Virus record (IMG/VR): IMGVR_UViG_2922055605_000002
Span: 7,455 to 71,454 of that record
Length of the DNA: 64,000 bases
Reading direction: 5' to 3' (one strand)
Origin: a virus
Part shown: one piece after another, positions 53,331-62,147 of the stretch
How positions within the stretch are numbered: position 1 is the first letter of the stretch
How the letters are laid out: the number at the start of each line of letters is the position of its first letter
Made by a program: the position numbers and the translations under genes
The notes under the pieces: generated by a model
Database searches by the model: none
Told to the model about the DNA's origin: nothing
The model's input: the letters and a program-made list of their open reading frames with translations, nothing else

Positions 53331-55279
53331 ACAAATCGCTCCACACTCAGTTGCTGGCGTACCGTCATGGCCTTGTTCTGCAAAGCAGCAGAGACCCTGA
53401 CGCCCCGGTTGTACCCCTTCCAGCCATCCACCGCGAGCAAGGCCCCCGGCAGAATGAGGCCCGTATCTGCAGACAACGGCAACTCAATGGTCTGGATGCG
53501 CTTGGGCATGGTCCTAGCCAGCCCCACCACACCCTGGGCGCGGGCCGCCACCACATCACACACCAGCGGATGGGTGATGCTCTGGGCCAGTTGCTCGCCA
53601 GCGGTACCCTGGCGCACCACCCGCGCACTGATCCCCTGATGACCACCGCTGATCCAGATACCGTTTGCCGCCTGCCCTGGCTGGAAGTCACTGCCCAGAG
53701 TGGTGATGATGGCACGGGGGATGGCCACATCGGCCAGCGCCGTCTCAAGTTGCCAGGGCACAGTGGGATAGCGCGGCTTGATGACCAGGTGCTTGTTGCG
53801 CTGGTGTGGTAGCACAAAGCCACCGGCCGCCTCGGCCAGGTACTTGACCACCTCGATTGGCGTCTGGTTATCCAGGCTGAAGAAGCCAGCCGGTACCAGC
53901 CAATCCGCCGCCTGCCACTCCAGTGTCCAGCCAAACGGCAGCACGGCCGCCGCCAACTGGGCCATGGTGGCCGCCGCACTCTCGCTCACCGCTTGCGCCA
54001 GTACATGGGTCGGCGACAGGTAGGCAGTGCGAGAGCGACCGGTCAGGGTGGCCGACTCGCGGGCAAAGCTCTGGCTTGACTGCCAACCATCACACACACA
54101 CTCCCACTGCTGGCCGTTGATGTGGATGCTCACCTCTTCCTCATCGGTCAGAGCCGCCGCCGCGATGCGCGGGATCTGGGCGCTGAACTGCCAGGCCCAG
54201 GAGTCGGTGTCGAGCTCGATATTCACGGTGGTGGCCGGGATGTCGAGGCCATCGCGCACGCGCACAATGCTTGCTGTGTTACTCACCAGATAAACCCTCC
54301 GGGTCGGGATAACGATGCGGGCGTCTTGCCCATGCCAGACAAACTCCAGGCTGGCATCGCCACGCTGGCGGCCGAACGCCAGTGTCTTGGTGCGCTTGTC
54401 CGGGCACGCTGGGGTGATCGGCGGCTTGGGTGGCGGGCTTGTGCCCCACGGGGGCAGCATGGCCTCGTCCCAACCATCCAGCCAGTGCAGGTGCAGCGAG
54501 GCCCCCAACTGCCAGCGCTGGCCACCGATGACCTTGCCCAGCTTGGCCCCTTCCTGCCACTGGTCGGCCTGCCACACCTGGTCAAAGCGCGGGGGGTTGC
54601 GATAGCCGCTTAACTGCCAGCGGCCGACCTGCTCTCCCTCCACCCACAGCGAACGGATAGCAGCATGGCCAGGGGGCAAGTTGTCAACCTGTTGGCCATG
54701 GGCATGACCCAGCGGTGCCCCTTCCTCAAACACCCCACGGTTCAGCTCATAGCGGGGTGGCATCAGATCCCCGTGCTCGACAACGGCGGCCTCTAACGGC
54801 GCGGCTTCCTGCCAGTCAGCGGCGCAAGTGGCCCGCTCAATGGCGGGACGTTGCCAATCACTGGCCACCCCACCGCTCACCAGATCCGCCCGCCCCCAAT
54901 CACTGGCGCTGGCATGGCTCGGCCCCCTGAACACGTTCACGTCATAACCGGCATCAAAGTCGTGGATCACCGGCTCGGTGGTCACGGCCATGGCGCACTC
55001 GATGACGATGGTGCCCCGGAACTCGGCCACGGCAGCCGGGAGTTGGCTTGCCAGCGCGCCCTGGAAGATGAGCCCCACATCGGCAGCCAGTGCGGGAGCG
55101 GCTATCTGGCCCGCCAGCACAGCGGGCAACACCAGCCCGGGCGAACAGGCCAGCACAGGCGGCAAGGAGGTGCCCTGCAGCACCGCCTCATAGCGCACCA
55201 CCTCGGCCTGGTTCAGCTCCAGATTGCCGTTGTTCTGGCGCGCCTTGCGCAGTTCAAGCGCCGCATCCTTTCTGGCCAT
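53327..55279 (-). CDS. Tail tip / baseplate hub-like structural protein
   Basis: 650 aa, Trp-rich beta region; IVIPTRRVYLVSN..DTDSWAWQFSA. Confidence 0.7.
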   Translation of the reverse strand: MARKDAALELRKARQNNGNLELNQAEVVRYEAVLQGTSLPPVLACSPGLVLPAVLAGQIAAPALAADVGLIFQGALASQLPAAVAEFRGTIVIECAMAVTTEPVIHDFDAGYDVNVFRGPSHASASDWGRADLVSGGVASDWQRPAIERATCAADWQEAAPLEAAVVEHGDLMPPRYELNRGVFEEGAPLGHAHGQQVDNLPPGHAAIRSLWVEGEQVGRWQLSGYRNPPRFDQVWQADQWQEGAKLGKVIGGQRWQLGASLHLHWLDGWDEAMLPPWGTSPPPKPPITPACPDKRTKTLAFGRQRGDASLEFVWHGQDARIVIPTRRVYLVSNTASIVRVRDGLDIPATTVNIELDTDSWAWQFSAQIPRIAAAALTDEEEVSIHINGQQWECVCDGWQSSQSFARESATLTGRSRTAYLSPTHVLAQAVSESAAATMAQLAAAVLPFGWTLEWQAADWLVPAGFFSLDNQTPIEVVKYLAEAAGGFVLPHQRNKHLVIKPRYPTVPWQLETALADVAIPRAIITTLGSDFQPGQAANGIWISGGHQGISARVVRQGTAGEQLAQSITHPLVCDVVAARAQGVVGLARTMPKRIQTIELPLSADTGLILPGALLAVDGWKGYNRGVRVSAALQNKAMTVRQQLSVERFV

Positions 55280-55306
55280 AGGTGGCTCCGGTGGTTAGGT
55301 CTTGGC

Positions 55307-55711
55307 TTACGGTTCGGTGAGGGTGGCGGTGTTGATGCGCACCAGGGCCCCGGTAAACAGCTCGTTGGTGGGGATCTCCAGATCGGCGCCACTACCGGGT
55401 GGCCCCACGTCGAGATCCGCTACAAAGTCACCATCCCGATTGGCAAAGCGCCCCCAGGTGGGAGCACCGGATCCGGTAGCCATCTGCTCGGCCAGCGGCT
55501 TGAGGGTCAGCACCCCACCCGTCACCGACTGGGCACACGGCAGCTGGAACTGCAGCGTGACCAGCAACGGCTGGTCGGTGATGGCGGCCCCGACTGCGGG
55601 GCGGCTGCCACCGTAGATCTTGAAGGTGGCCGGGGCGGCACTGCCCTGGTCGATGGCGTCGGCCAGTATCTGGGCGCGGGCGGTGCGCACCGAGTCGTGG
55701 AACGTGAGCAT
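55307..55711 (-). CDS. Virion structural protein
   Basis: Probable start MLTFHDS (134 aa); KIYGGSRPA..ATGSGAPTWGRF. Confidence 0.65.
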   Translation of the reverse strand: MLTFHDSVRTARAQILADAIDQGSAAPATFKIYGGSRPAVGAAITDQPLLVTLQFQLPCAQSVTGGVLTLKPLAEQMATGSGAPTWGRFANRDGDFVADLDVGPPGSGADLEIPTNELFTGALVRINTATLTEP

Positions 55712-55721
55712 GGAAACCTCG

Positions 55722-56855
55722 CTAGACGATGTAAGGAGTCGGGGCTTGGTAGTCAGCCGCCACGGCGTTGTAATCGGCTGGGCCAAAGGCGGGATCGTCC
55801 TGGGCGACCAGCATGTAACGCCGGTTCAACCAGAGGTGATCGAACCGGTAGACCCCATCGGCCGCACTGCTGTAGGTTTCATCCACCAGATACCCATCCT
55901 GGCTAAGGCAGAGCACCCGGCGCCTAACCCCCTCCCCGTTGATGGTCACCCGGTTGCTGATGTAACCCTGGGCCACGTTCTGTAACCCATCACGGACCCA
56001 GAAATAGTCATGCCCCTTGCAGACAATGGACTGGCTCATCTGTTGCACGTTGACCGGCCCGGGATAGAGCGGCGGGGTGCCACTCCAGGCCACATCCTGC
56101 GGCTGGAAAACAGCTCTGGGCTCTTGGTTGGCGGGGGTGGCGGTGACGCTGACGGGCGGCATTACCACCGGGTCACCTATGACATACGCCTGGCGACCCG
56201 CAATTTCACTAGCGGTCAGAGTGCGGTCATAGATGGCCACATGGGCCAGCTGACAGTTACCTGATGCGTTACCGTTGTAGTAATAGCCACCGAGCACCAG
56301 ATAGGTGTTGGCAAGCTGCAAAAACAGGTCAAACGGTACCGTCATACCCGCATCCAGCACCCCATCTATATACACTCTGGTGCTGGCGCTGGCCGCCTCA
56401 TACTGCATCACCACATGATGCGGGCCGGATGAAAGGGCTTCCCATGTTTTCGCCGATGGATAGGTGACCGTGCCGCCAGGCGGATTGATGTTCTGGTAGG
56501 AACAAAACTGCAGGGAATCGACGTAAATCATGATGTAACGGTTCGCGAAACCAGTGAGCGGCTGGTTGACACCAAATACCGTGCTGTAGGCCCCCCCACC
56601 CTTTGCCCCCGCCAGCCTGAACCACCCCTCAATGGCCACTATCTTTGGCAAGGTGTTTTGCGCTATCCGCAGCACCGCATTGGTATTACCGGTGAGCATG
56701 GACGGCAGTAAATCGCTGTTCATTTGTGCCTGACCAAAGGCTGGGGAACCATGGGCCGCCAGATGGCGGCCATTGCCGCTATGATCCTGGTTATCCATCA
56801 GCGGCCAGAATGCGATGGGATTAGCCGCTTTGATGGTGTCATAGAGCGTTGTCAT
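55722..56855 (-). CDS. LamG-like receptor-binding / tail protein
   Basis: 377 aa; PIAFWPL..DHSGNGRH, HHVVMQY..VYIDG..LAHVAIYDRTLTASEI. Confidence 0.75.
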   Translation of the reverse strand: MTTLYDTIKAANPIAFWPLMDNQDHSGNGRHLAAHGSPAFGQAQMNSDLLPSMLTGNTNAVLRIAQNTLPKIVAIEGWFRLAGAKGGGAYSTVFGVNQPLTGFANRYIMIYVDSLQFCSYQNINPPGGTVTYPSAKTWEALSSGPHHVVMQYEAASASTRVYIDGVLDAGMTVPFDLFLQLANTYLVLGGYYYNGNASGNCQLAHVAIYDRTLTASEIAGRQAYVIGDPVVMPPVSVTATPANQEPRAVFQPQDVAWSGTPPLYPGPVNVQQMSQSIVCKGHDYFWVRDGLQNVAQGYISNRVTINGEGVRRRVLCLSQDGYLVDETYSSAADGVYRFDHLWLNRRYMLVAQDDPAFGPADYNAVAADYQAPTPYIV

Positions 56856-56857
56856 GA

Positions 56858-58072
56858 CTACCTCCAGGGGCCGGTGAGATCGAAGCCAATCAGTGAGCGC
56901 GGATCTGCAGAATTAATATTTGATTGATATAGACCACGGATGAATCGTACTTTCTTGCCTGGCATCGCAGGCAAGTCACCAAAGTTTTTCCGATGCCAGG
57001 CGGTGATATCACCGTATGGCACAATAAGCCCAGGTATGTACCCGCGCATGTGGTTACCGTTTTCGAGCACCATAATTGGGTCTGTTGACAGGTAAAATCC
57101 GTTATCAGGGCCGTTGGGTACAGATAGACCACTGCCAAATCGACTAAACAGCCCCTTGAGCCACCATGCTGTAGAACCAAATAGCTGATGATATGGGCGA
57201 GCAATGGCACGTTGACCGGATTGATCGAATGAAGTCAACGGAGTGCCACAGTTATTTACGGCACTAGGCTGGTCTCTTACTGCCCACGCCACGTTGTTAT
57301 CACCGGCATTGGTCGTTGAGTAATGGCACAAAACAGCGTGGTATCGGTCACCGGGTCTAATCGTTCTAATGTAACCCATGCAAAAAATTGCCTGATAGCT
57401 GGCGGCGCTAATTGCTGGCAACCAATAAAGCATTTGGTTATCGCCAACAAAATCCCAAACTTTGGCGCTGTAGCGTTGCGTTGCTGGCCAGCGATGCTCG
57501 TAAATGGTGGTGTAGGTGTTGATATCCACCACATCCTCAATCATGGCCACCTTGGCAAGGTAGGAACCATACCCCCACGTATTTGAGCCAGTCCATCCAC
57601 TGAATGCCGTGTTATCAAAACGCCACGATACGTTCCCTGACTCGCTGACGTTGGTCGGCCGGATGATAAACACCTTGCCGTCACCGCTCTCGTGGGTGAT
57701 GGTCCAACCGAGCGGCGCCACCTTCATGGTCATGGCCGCGCCAGACCCCGACGCCCCCGGATCCCCGGCATCCAGCTCGAACCACATCTGGGTGCTGCTG
57801 ACCTGCATCACCCTATGCTCGCCGTTGTAGGCAGCCGGGCTCACGCTGGCGACCTCAACCACAGAGTCTTGCAGGTAGGCATGACCACCGGAGAAGGTCG
57901 CCACAGCCCAGCCCTTGGCCGCATCCCAGGCCAGGGCGTTGATGGTGAGGGTGCCAAAGCCGGTCACCATGACCGCCTTGAGCAGCGCAGCCAACGCCCC
58001 ATCGGCGGTATCCCCCAGGCTCGGGGCGCCCTGCATTTCACTCGCGTACCATTTCACGGGATGAATAGTCAT
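56858..58072 (-). CDS. Tail fibre-like protein with low-GC variable centre
   Basis: Probable start MTIHPVKWY (404 aa); GALAALLKAVMVTGFG..GW N-terminus; ends IGFDLTGPWR. Confidence 0.75.
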   Translation of the reverse strand: MTIHPVKWYASEMQGAPSLGDTADGALAALLKAVMVTGFGTLTINALAWDAAKGWAVATFSGGHAYLQDSVVEVASVSPAAYNGEHRVMQVSSTQMWFELDAGDPGASGSGAAMTMKVAPLGWTITHESGDGKVFIIRPTNVSESGNVSWRFDNTAFSGWTGSNTWGYGSYLAKVAMIEDVVDINTYTTIYEHRWPATQRYSAKVWDFVGDNQMLYWLPAISAASYQAIFCMGYIRTIRPGDRYHAVLCHYSTTNAGDNNVAWAVRDQPSAVNNCGTPLTSFDQSGQRAIARPYHQLFGSTAWWLKGLFSRFGSGLSVPNGPDNGFYLSTDPIMVLENGNHMRGYIPGLIVPYGDITAWHRKNFGDLPAMPGKKVRFIRGLYQSNINSADPRSLIGFDLTGPWR

Positions 58073-58167
58073 TGTGTCAGTCTCCATCAGTGAGGCCCTG
58101 CCTGTCAGGGACGGCCCCACGGCAAAATAAGGGGTGGGGCGCTCTCTGCAAAAGAGTGCCCCACCCA

Positions 58168-61100
58168 TTAGCGGTTGACGTTGCCGCGCAGTTGCAGCTC
58201 GAACTTGTCGCTTTCACTGGCCGCCACCGACTGCAAAATGGTGCGGATAACCCAGACCGGGAAGTTGGCCGATTTGGTGTTGAACCGCAGCACGTTGCCG
58301 GTGGCCCAACCTGTGCCCCATCCCCGCTTGTCCAGCCGAAAATAGGGCTGGCCATTGTTGGGGTTGACCGGGGCAAAGTCGGTGTTCACGTCACCCAGCG
58401 CTATCTGGCCCACGTTCTCCCCGACCAGCACAAACGAGGTGCTGGACTGGAAGATGATCGCCCAGCGCTCCTCTATGGTGGCCCGGTTGGTCACCACCAG
58501 AGGAAAGTCGGTGTCGTTGTACTGGGCCGTTGACTGGTCGCCGTCCACGTAGTCCTGCCACTTGTTCGTCCATACCTTCTGGTCGAACAGGCTGGTGTAA
58601 CGGGACCACAGATCCCCCATGATGAGCGCGCTCGACACATGGGTGTCGCTGGCGTCATAGGCATGGGACAAAGGCCGCGCCAGGGTGAGGCGGCCGGAGA
58701 TCTCCACATCGGTGACCAGGCTCATGTCCTCGATGCGATGCATCACCGCCAGCGGTTCCAGATAACCGGTCAGGTCCAGCGGGCTGGCCAAGGTGACGAT
58801 CCCGCTGTCCAGGTTGACGCTGTAGAGCGCCGGCGCCAGTTGCTTGCCGTCCTTGTCCTCCACATGGGCATAAGCCAGCCGCTCACGGTTGGTATTGAGC
58901 TGCTGCCCCGCAGTGACCCCCATCGGGAAGGCACTGCGGCGGGTGGAATGCACCACGGCGATATTACCCTTGCGGATAAACGGCACCCGGCCGTCAGACG
59001 GCAGGCGCACCGGATCCAGCCCTATGATGTCGGCATCGAGCGGCAGATAGCTGAACACCACGCAGTTGAACCGGATGGTGTCAGCCACCACGCTTATGGG
59101 CTTCCAGATCTTGCCATCTTCCCCCACGGCCTCGGCGTCATACCAGGGCTGGCTTTCGTTGCCGGCGGCCGTGACCTTGCGGCCAAAGCGCACCTGCACA
59201 ATGCCGGTCTGGTAGCTCACCCTGCCATCCATGTCGGTGGTGGTGAAATAGCCGTCCCCGTCTGCCGTGGCCTCGATACGGCGCCCGCTCGCGGTGTTGG
59301 CGCTGATATAGAGGCTACCCGGGGCCAATGGGGCGCCCGGGGTGCGGAAGGTCACCGCATCCACCGACTGGGCGCTGAACGAGGTAGCCAGCGACAGCAG
59401 CGCAGGCTGGGCCGCCTGCCCTGCTGCCCAGTCAGCCAGCACCGCCAACCCGTTGGAGTAGTCGATGGTGCCAGCCTGAATGCCAGAGCCGGTTTCAGGG
59501 TCGGGGTTGCGATAGAGCAGCCCCTGCCGGTCAACGTAGGTAGACCCGCCCAGGGTAAAGCGCATCGAGCCCTCCAGGATCGCCTCGGCAAAGCCGGGGG
59601 TCACGTCGATACGCAGCGCCTGCGCGGTCAGGGTGGCATTCTGGGCCTGCGCACTGTTGTTGTTGCGGTAGGTCACATCCACCCAGCCCTGCTCACCATC
59701 GGGGAAGGTGTACGCCGTGGTGTGGTACTCGATCCCGGTCATGGTCCAGCGCTGCACCGCCAGCAGGTTGTTGCCATCCCAGCGAGTGCCTACCGTCACC
59801 CAGGCATAGGTCGGCTTGGGCAAGGGGGCGCTGCCGTCCGGCATGAAATGCAGGGTGCCGGCCGTGTAGTCAATGGCCCCCAGCTCCACCCCGCTGGCAT
59901 CGCGCAGCTTGCCCTGACCGTCATCGCGCAAGGTGATGATGGGGTCGCGGGTCTCAATCACCAGCTCCTGATCGTCCACGTCAAACTTGTGGTACAGGGC
60001 ATTGAACTTGACGAACACCGAGCCCGGGGTGAGGTTGGTCGCCCCGCCGCCAGAGCCGTCCAGGGTGATGGAGAGGTGCCCCACCTGCCCCGGTGTGCTC
60101 AACCGCCCCGGTTCGATATGGCGCTCGGTCACCGGCTCACCGTACTGATATTGAGCCGCATACTCCTGGCCAAGGGCTGGCAGGGTGATGTGCTCCAGAT
60201 CGATGATGCCCTCGGCATAGTTGATGGTGCCGGTGATGTCGCCCCGGATCTTGCCATCCCCCACCGAATCGTTGGCGGTCTTACCCGCGCCCCAGGTCAG
60301 GATCAGGCTCTTGGGGGTGATCCCGGTGTGGGGCAGTTGCCAGGCGCTCTTGCTGATGCTGATCGCCTGGCCGCTGCGGTTGGTGTAGTTCACCGGAGTG
60401 GCCCAGCTGAACATGATGGAGGTGTCCACATCCGGCAGCGCCCCCAGGGTCAGCATGACCGAGCCGGTGGCCAGATTGATGGTGCCCGAGCCATAGGAGA
60501 GATCCGCCCCGCGCAGCTCCCCTCGCCCGTTGTCCTTCAAGTCGTACCATTTCCCCTGCGCCATGAATGACACAGTGGTGGTGCCCGGTGCCGGGGTCGG
60601 CATCAGGGTGATGGTGTAGGCATAGCCGCGGTTGTTCGCCTTGACCTCGATCCGCGCCGTGTCGGCAATCCGTGATGGACGGGCGGCTGGCCAGAAGCTC
60701 ACCGTTTTGCTGGCCGCGCCGTAGTTCGGGCACTGGGCATTGAACTCACATTGACCACGGCCATAGTCGATGGCACCGATTATCGTCCCGGCCACCACCA
60801 GGTCGCCGCCCCGGTCGGTGATCACCGCCGCTCCTATGGTGATGGTCACTGTGCCGGGCTTGGCGCCGCTGCCAAGGAACAGGCCCCGGCTCGGGGCGAT
60901 ATTGGCGGCCGTGTTGAAGCTCACCAGCCCCTGACCGGAATCCACCAGACTGGCCAGCTCACCGGCGGCTGTGAGATCCACGGCCGGGGTTTCGCTGCGG
61001 GCCGCCGGCACCAGCTGGGTGAAAATGGTCTTGGCCTTCACCTGCAGGGCGCCGAACGCCGCATCTTCCGCCAGCTTGGTGCTGGCATAGTAGTTGGCCG

Positions 61101-61782
61101 CATCGGCCACCACGGTTTCGCGCAGGCTGGTCTTGACGTTGGTCACCACGTCATAGGGGGTCGGCTGTTCCCCCTCGAAGGTGTAGCGCAAGGGATCGGC
61201 CAGGGTGCAGGTGATGACGTTGCGAGTGAACTCGGGCACCCCCTGCACCTGGAACTTGGCCAGCTGCTGATTCACTTCAAGGACGCGCACATACTGCTCG
61301 AACTCGCCGGCCTTGCCCTCGTTGCCGACCAGCACCAGGGTCTCGCCAATCTCTGGCAGGCGCACCTCGACCCGCTGGAAGAAGCGGATCGCCCGCTGCC
61401 CTTCCAGCTGGGTGTCGTAGAGAAACCCCCGCCACTTTGGCCCACGGGCCAGATAGCGCTCCACCACGTCGCGGGCTTTGTCGCGGGTGTCGTGGTGGTC
61501 TTTGGTGGTCATCAGCGCCAGTCCCACATTGGGGTCGGTCGGCGGCAGCAGCACGGTGGCATTGGCCCCGAAATAGGTGTCGGTGTCGTCGGTCTGCACG
61601 GCCAGAAACACCTTGCGCAGATTGACCACGCCATAGGCGCGGTCCAGATCGCTGATGTCGGGGAATATGCTGTTGTGCTCGCCGCTGACGATTTCCCTGC
61701 CGGTGAGGCGGCCACCGCCATCGGTGGTATCCGTCATGCGCTGGCTGGCCATCAGCTTGATATCGCCGGAAAGAATGGTCAT
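58168..61782 (-). CDS. Large tail tip / baseplate structural protein
   Basis: Start MTILSGDIKLMASQRMTD at 61782 (ATGA overlap), 1204 aa, repeated G.IDY..G beta motifs. Confidence 0.8.
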   Translation of the reverse strand: MTILSGDIKLMASQRMTDTTDGGGRLTGREIVSGEHNSIFPDISDLDRAYGVVNLRKVFLAVQTDDTDTYFGANATVLLPPTDPNVGLALMTTKDHHDTRDKARDVVERYLARGPKWRGFLYDTQLEGQRAIRFFQRVEVRLPEIGETLVLVGNEGKAGEFEQYVRVLEVNQQLAKFQVQGVPEFTRNVITCTLADPLRYTFEGEQPTPYDVVTNVKTSLRETVVADAANYYASTKLAEDAAFGALQVKAKTIFTQLVPAARSETPAVDLTAAGELASLVDSGQGLVSFNTAANIAPSRGLFLGSGAKPGTVTITIGAAVITDRGGDLVVAGTIIGAIDYGRGQCEFNAQCPNYGAASKTVSFWPAARPSRIADTARIEVKANNRGYAYTITLMPTPAPGTTTVSFMAQGKWYDLKDNGRGELRGADLSYGSGTINLATGSVMLTLGALPDVDTSIMFSWATPVNYTNRSGQAISISKSAWQLPHTGITPKSLILTWGAGKTANDSVGDGKIRGDITGTINYAEGIIDLEHITLPALGQEYAAQYQYGEPVTERHIEPGRLSTPGQVGHLSITLDGSGGGATNLTPGSVFVKFNALYHKFDVDDQELVIETRDPIITLRDDGQGKLRDASGVELGAIDYTAGTLHFMPDGSAPLPKPTYAWVTVGTRWDGNNLLAVQRWTMTGIEYHTTAYTFPDGEQGWVDVTYRNNNSAQAQNATLTAQALRIDVTPGFAEAILEGSMRFTLGGSTYVDRQGLLYRNPDPETGSGIQAGTIDYSNGLAVLADWAAGQAAQPALLSLATSFSAQSVDAVTFRTPGAPLAPGSLYISANTASGRRIEATADGDGYFTTTDMDGRVSYQTGIVQVRFGRKVTAAGNESQPWYDAEAVGEDGKIWKPISVVADTIRFNCVVFSYLPLDADIIGLDPVRLPSDGRVPFIRKGNIAVVHSTRRSAFPMGVTAGQQLNTNRERLAYAHVEDKDGKQLAPALYSVNLDSGIVTLASPLDLTGYLEPLAVMHRIEDMSLVTDVEISGRLTLARPLSHAYDASDTHVSSALIMGDLWSRYTSLFDQKVWTNKWQDYVDGDQSTAQYNDTDFPLVVTNRATIEERWAIIFQSSTSFVLVGENVGQIALGDVNTDFAPVNPNNGQPYFRLDKRGWGTGWATGNVLRFNTKSANFPVWVIRTILQSVAASESDKFELQLRGNVNR

Positions 61783-62147
61783 GGGCTTACCTCGGTGAAA
61801 TTCAGGGTCAGGGCATAGGGCTCGCCCGCCTCGGGGTCCGCCATCTCGATCAGGGCCGTTACCACCACGCCGGGGCGACGCCAGATGACGGTGCGGGCCA
61901 CTCCGTCCAGCAGGGTCAGGGTCAGCAACTGACCCGGCACCGCCTCCAGCGCCTTGAGGCGCAGCACTGTGGCGCGGGCGCAATGACCGACCAGGGTAAT
62001 GGGGCGTCCCTCTGGCCTTGGGGTCTCCTCCACCAGCAGCGCCCCGGATAGGGTCGGCGTCACCACCTGTTCGACGGGCGACCAGTCAAACTCGTCGCGC
62101 CAGATCAGATCATCGGGCAGCAGCTCGCTGTTTAAGGTCACGTTCAT
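61779..62147 (-). CDS. Distal-tail-like protein
   Basis: 122 aa directly after the tape measure gene; LPDDLIWRDEFDW.PV.Q..TLSGALLVE. Confidence 0.7.
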   Translation of the reverse strand: MNVTLNSELLPDDLIWRDEFDWSPVEQVVTPTLSGALLVEETPRPEGRPITLVGHCARATVLRLKALEAVPGQLLTLTLLDGVARTVIWRRPGVVVTALIEMADPEAGEPYALTLNFTEVSP

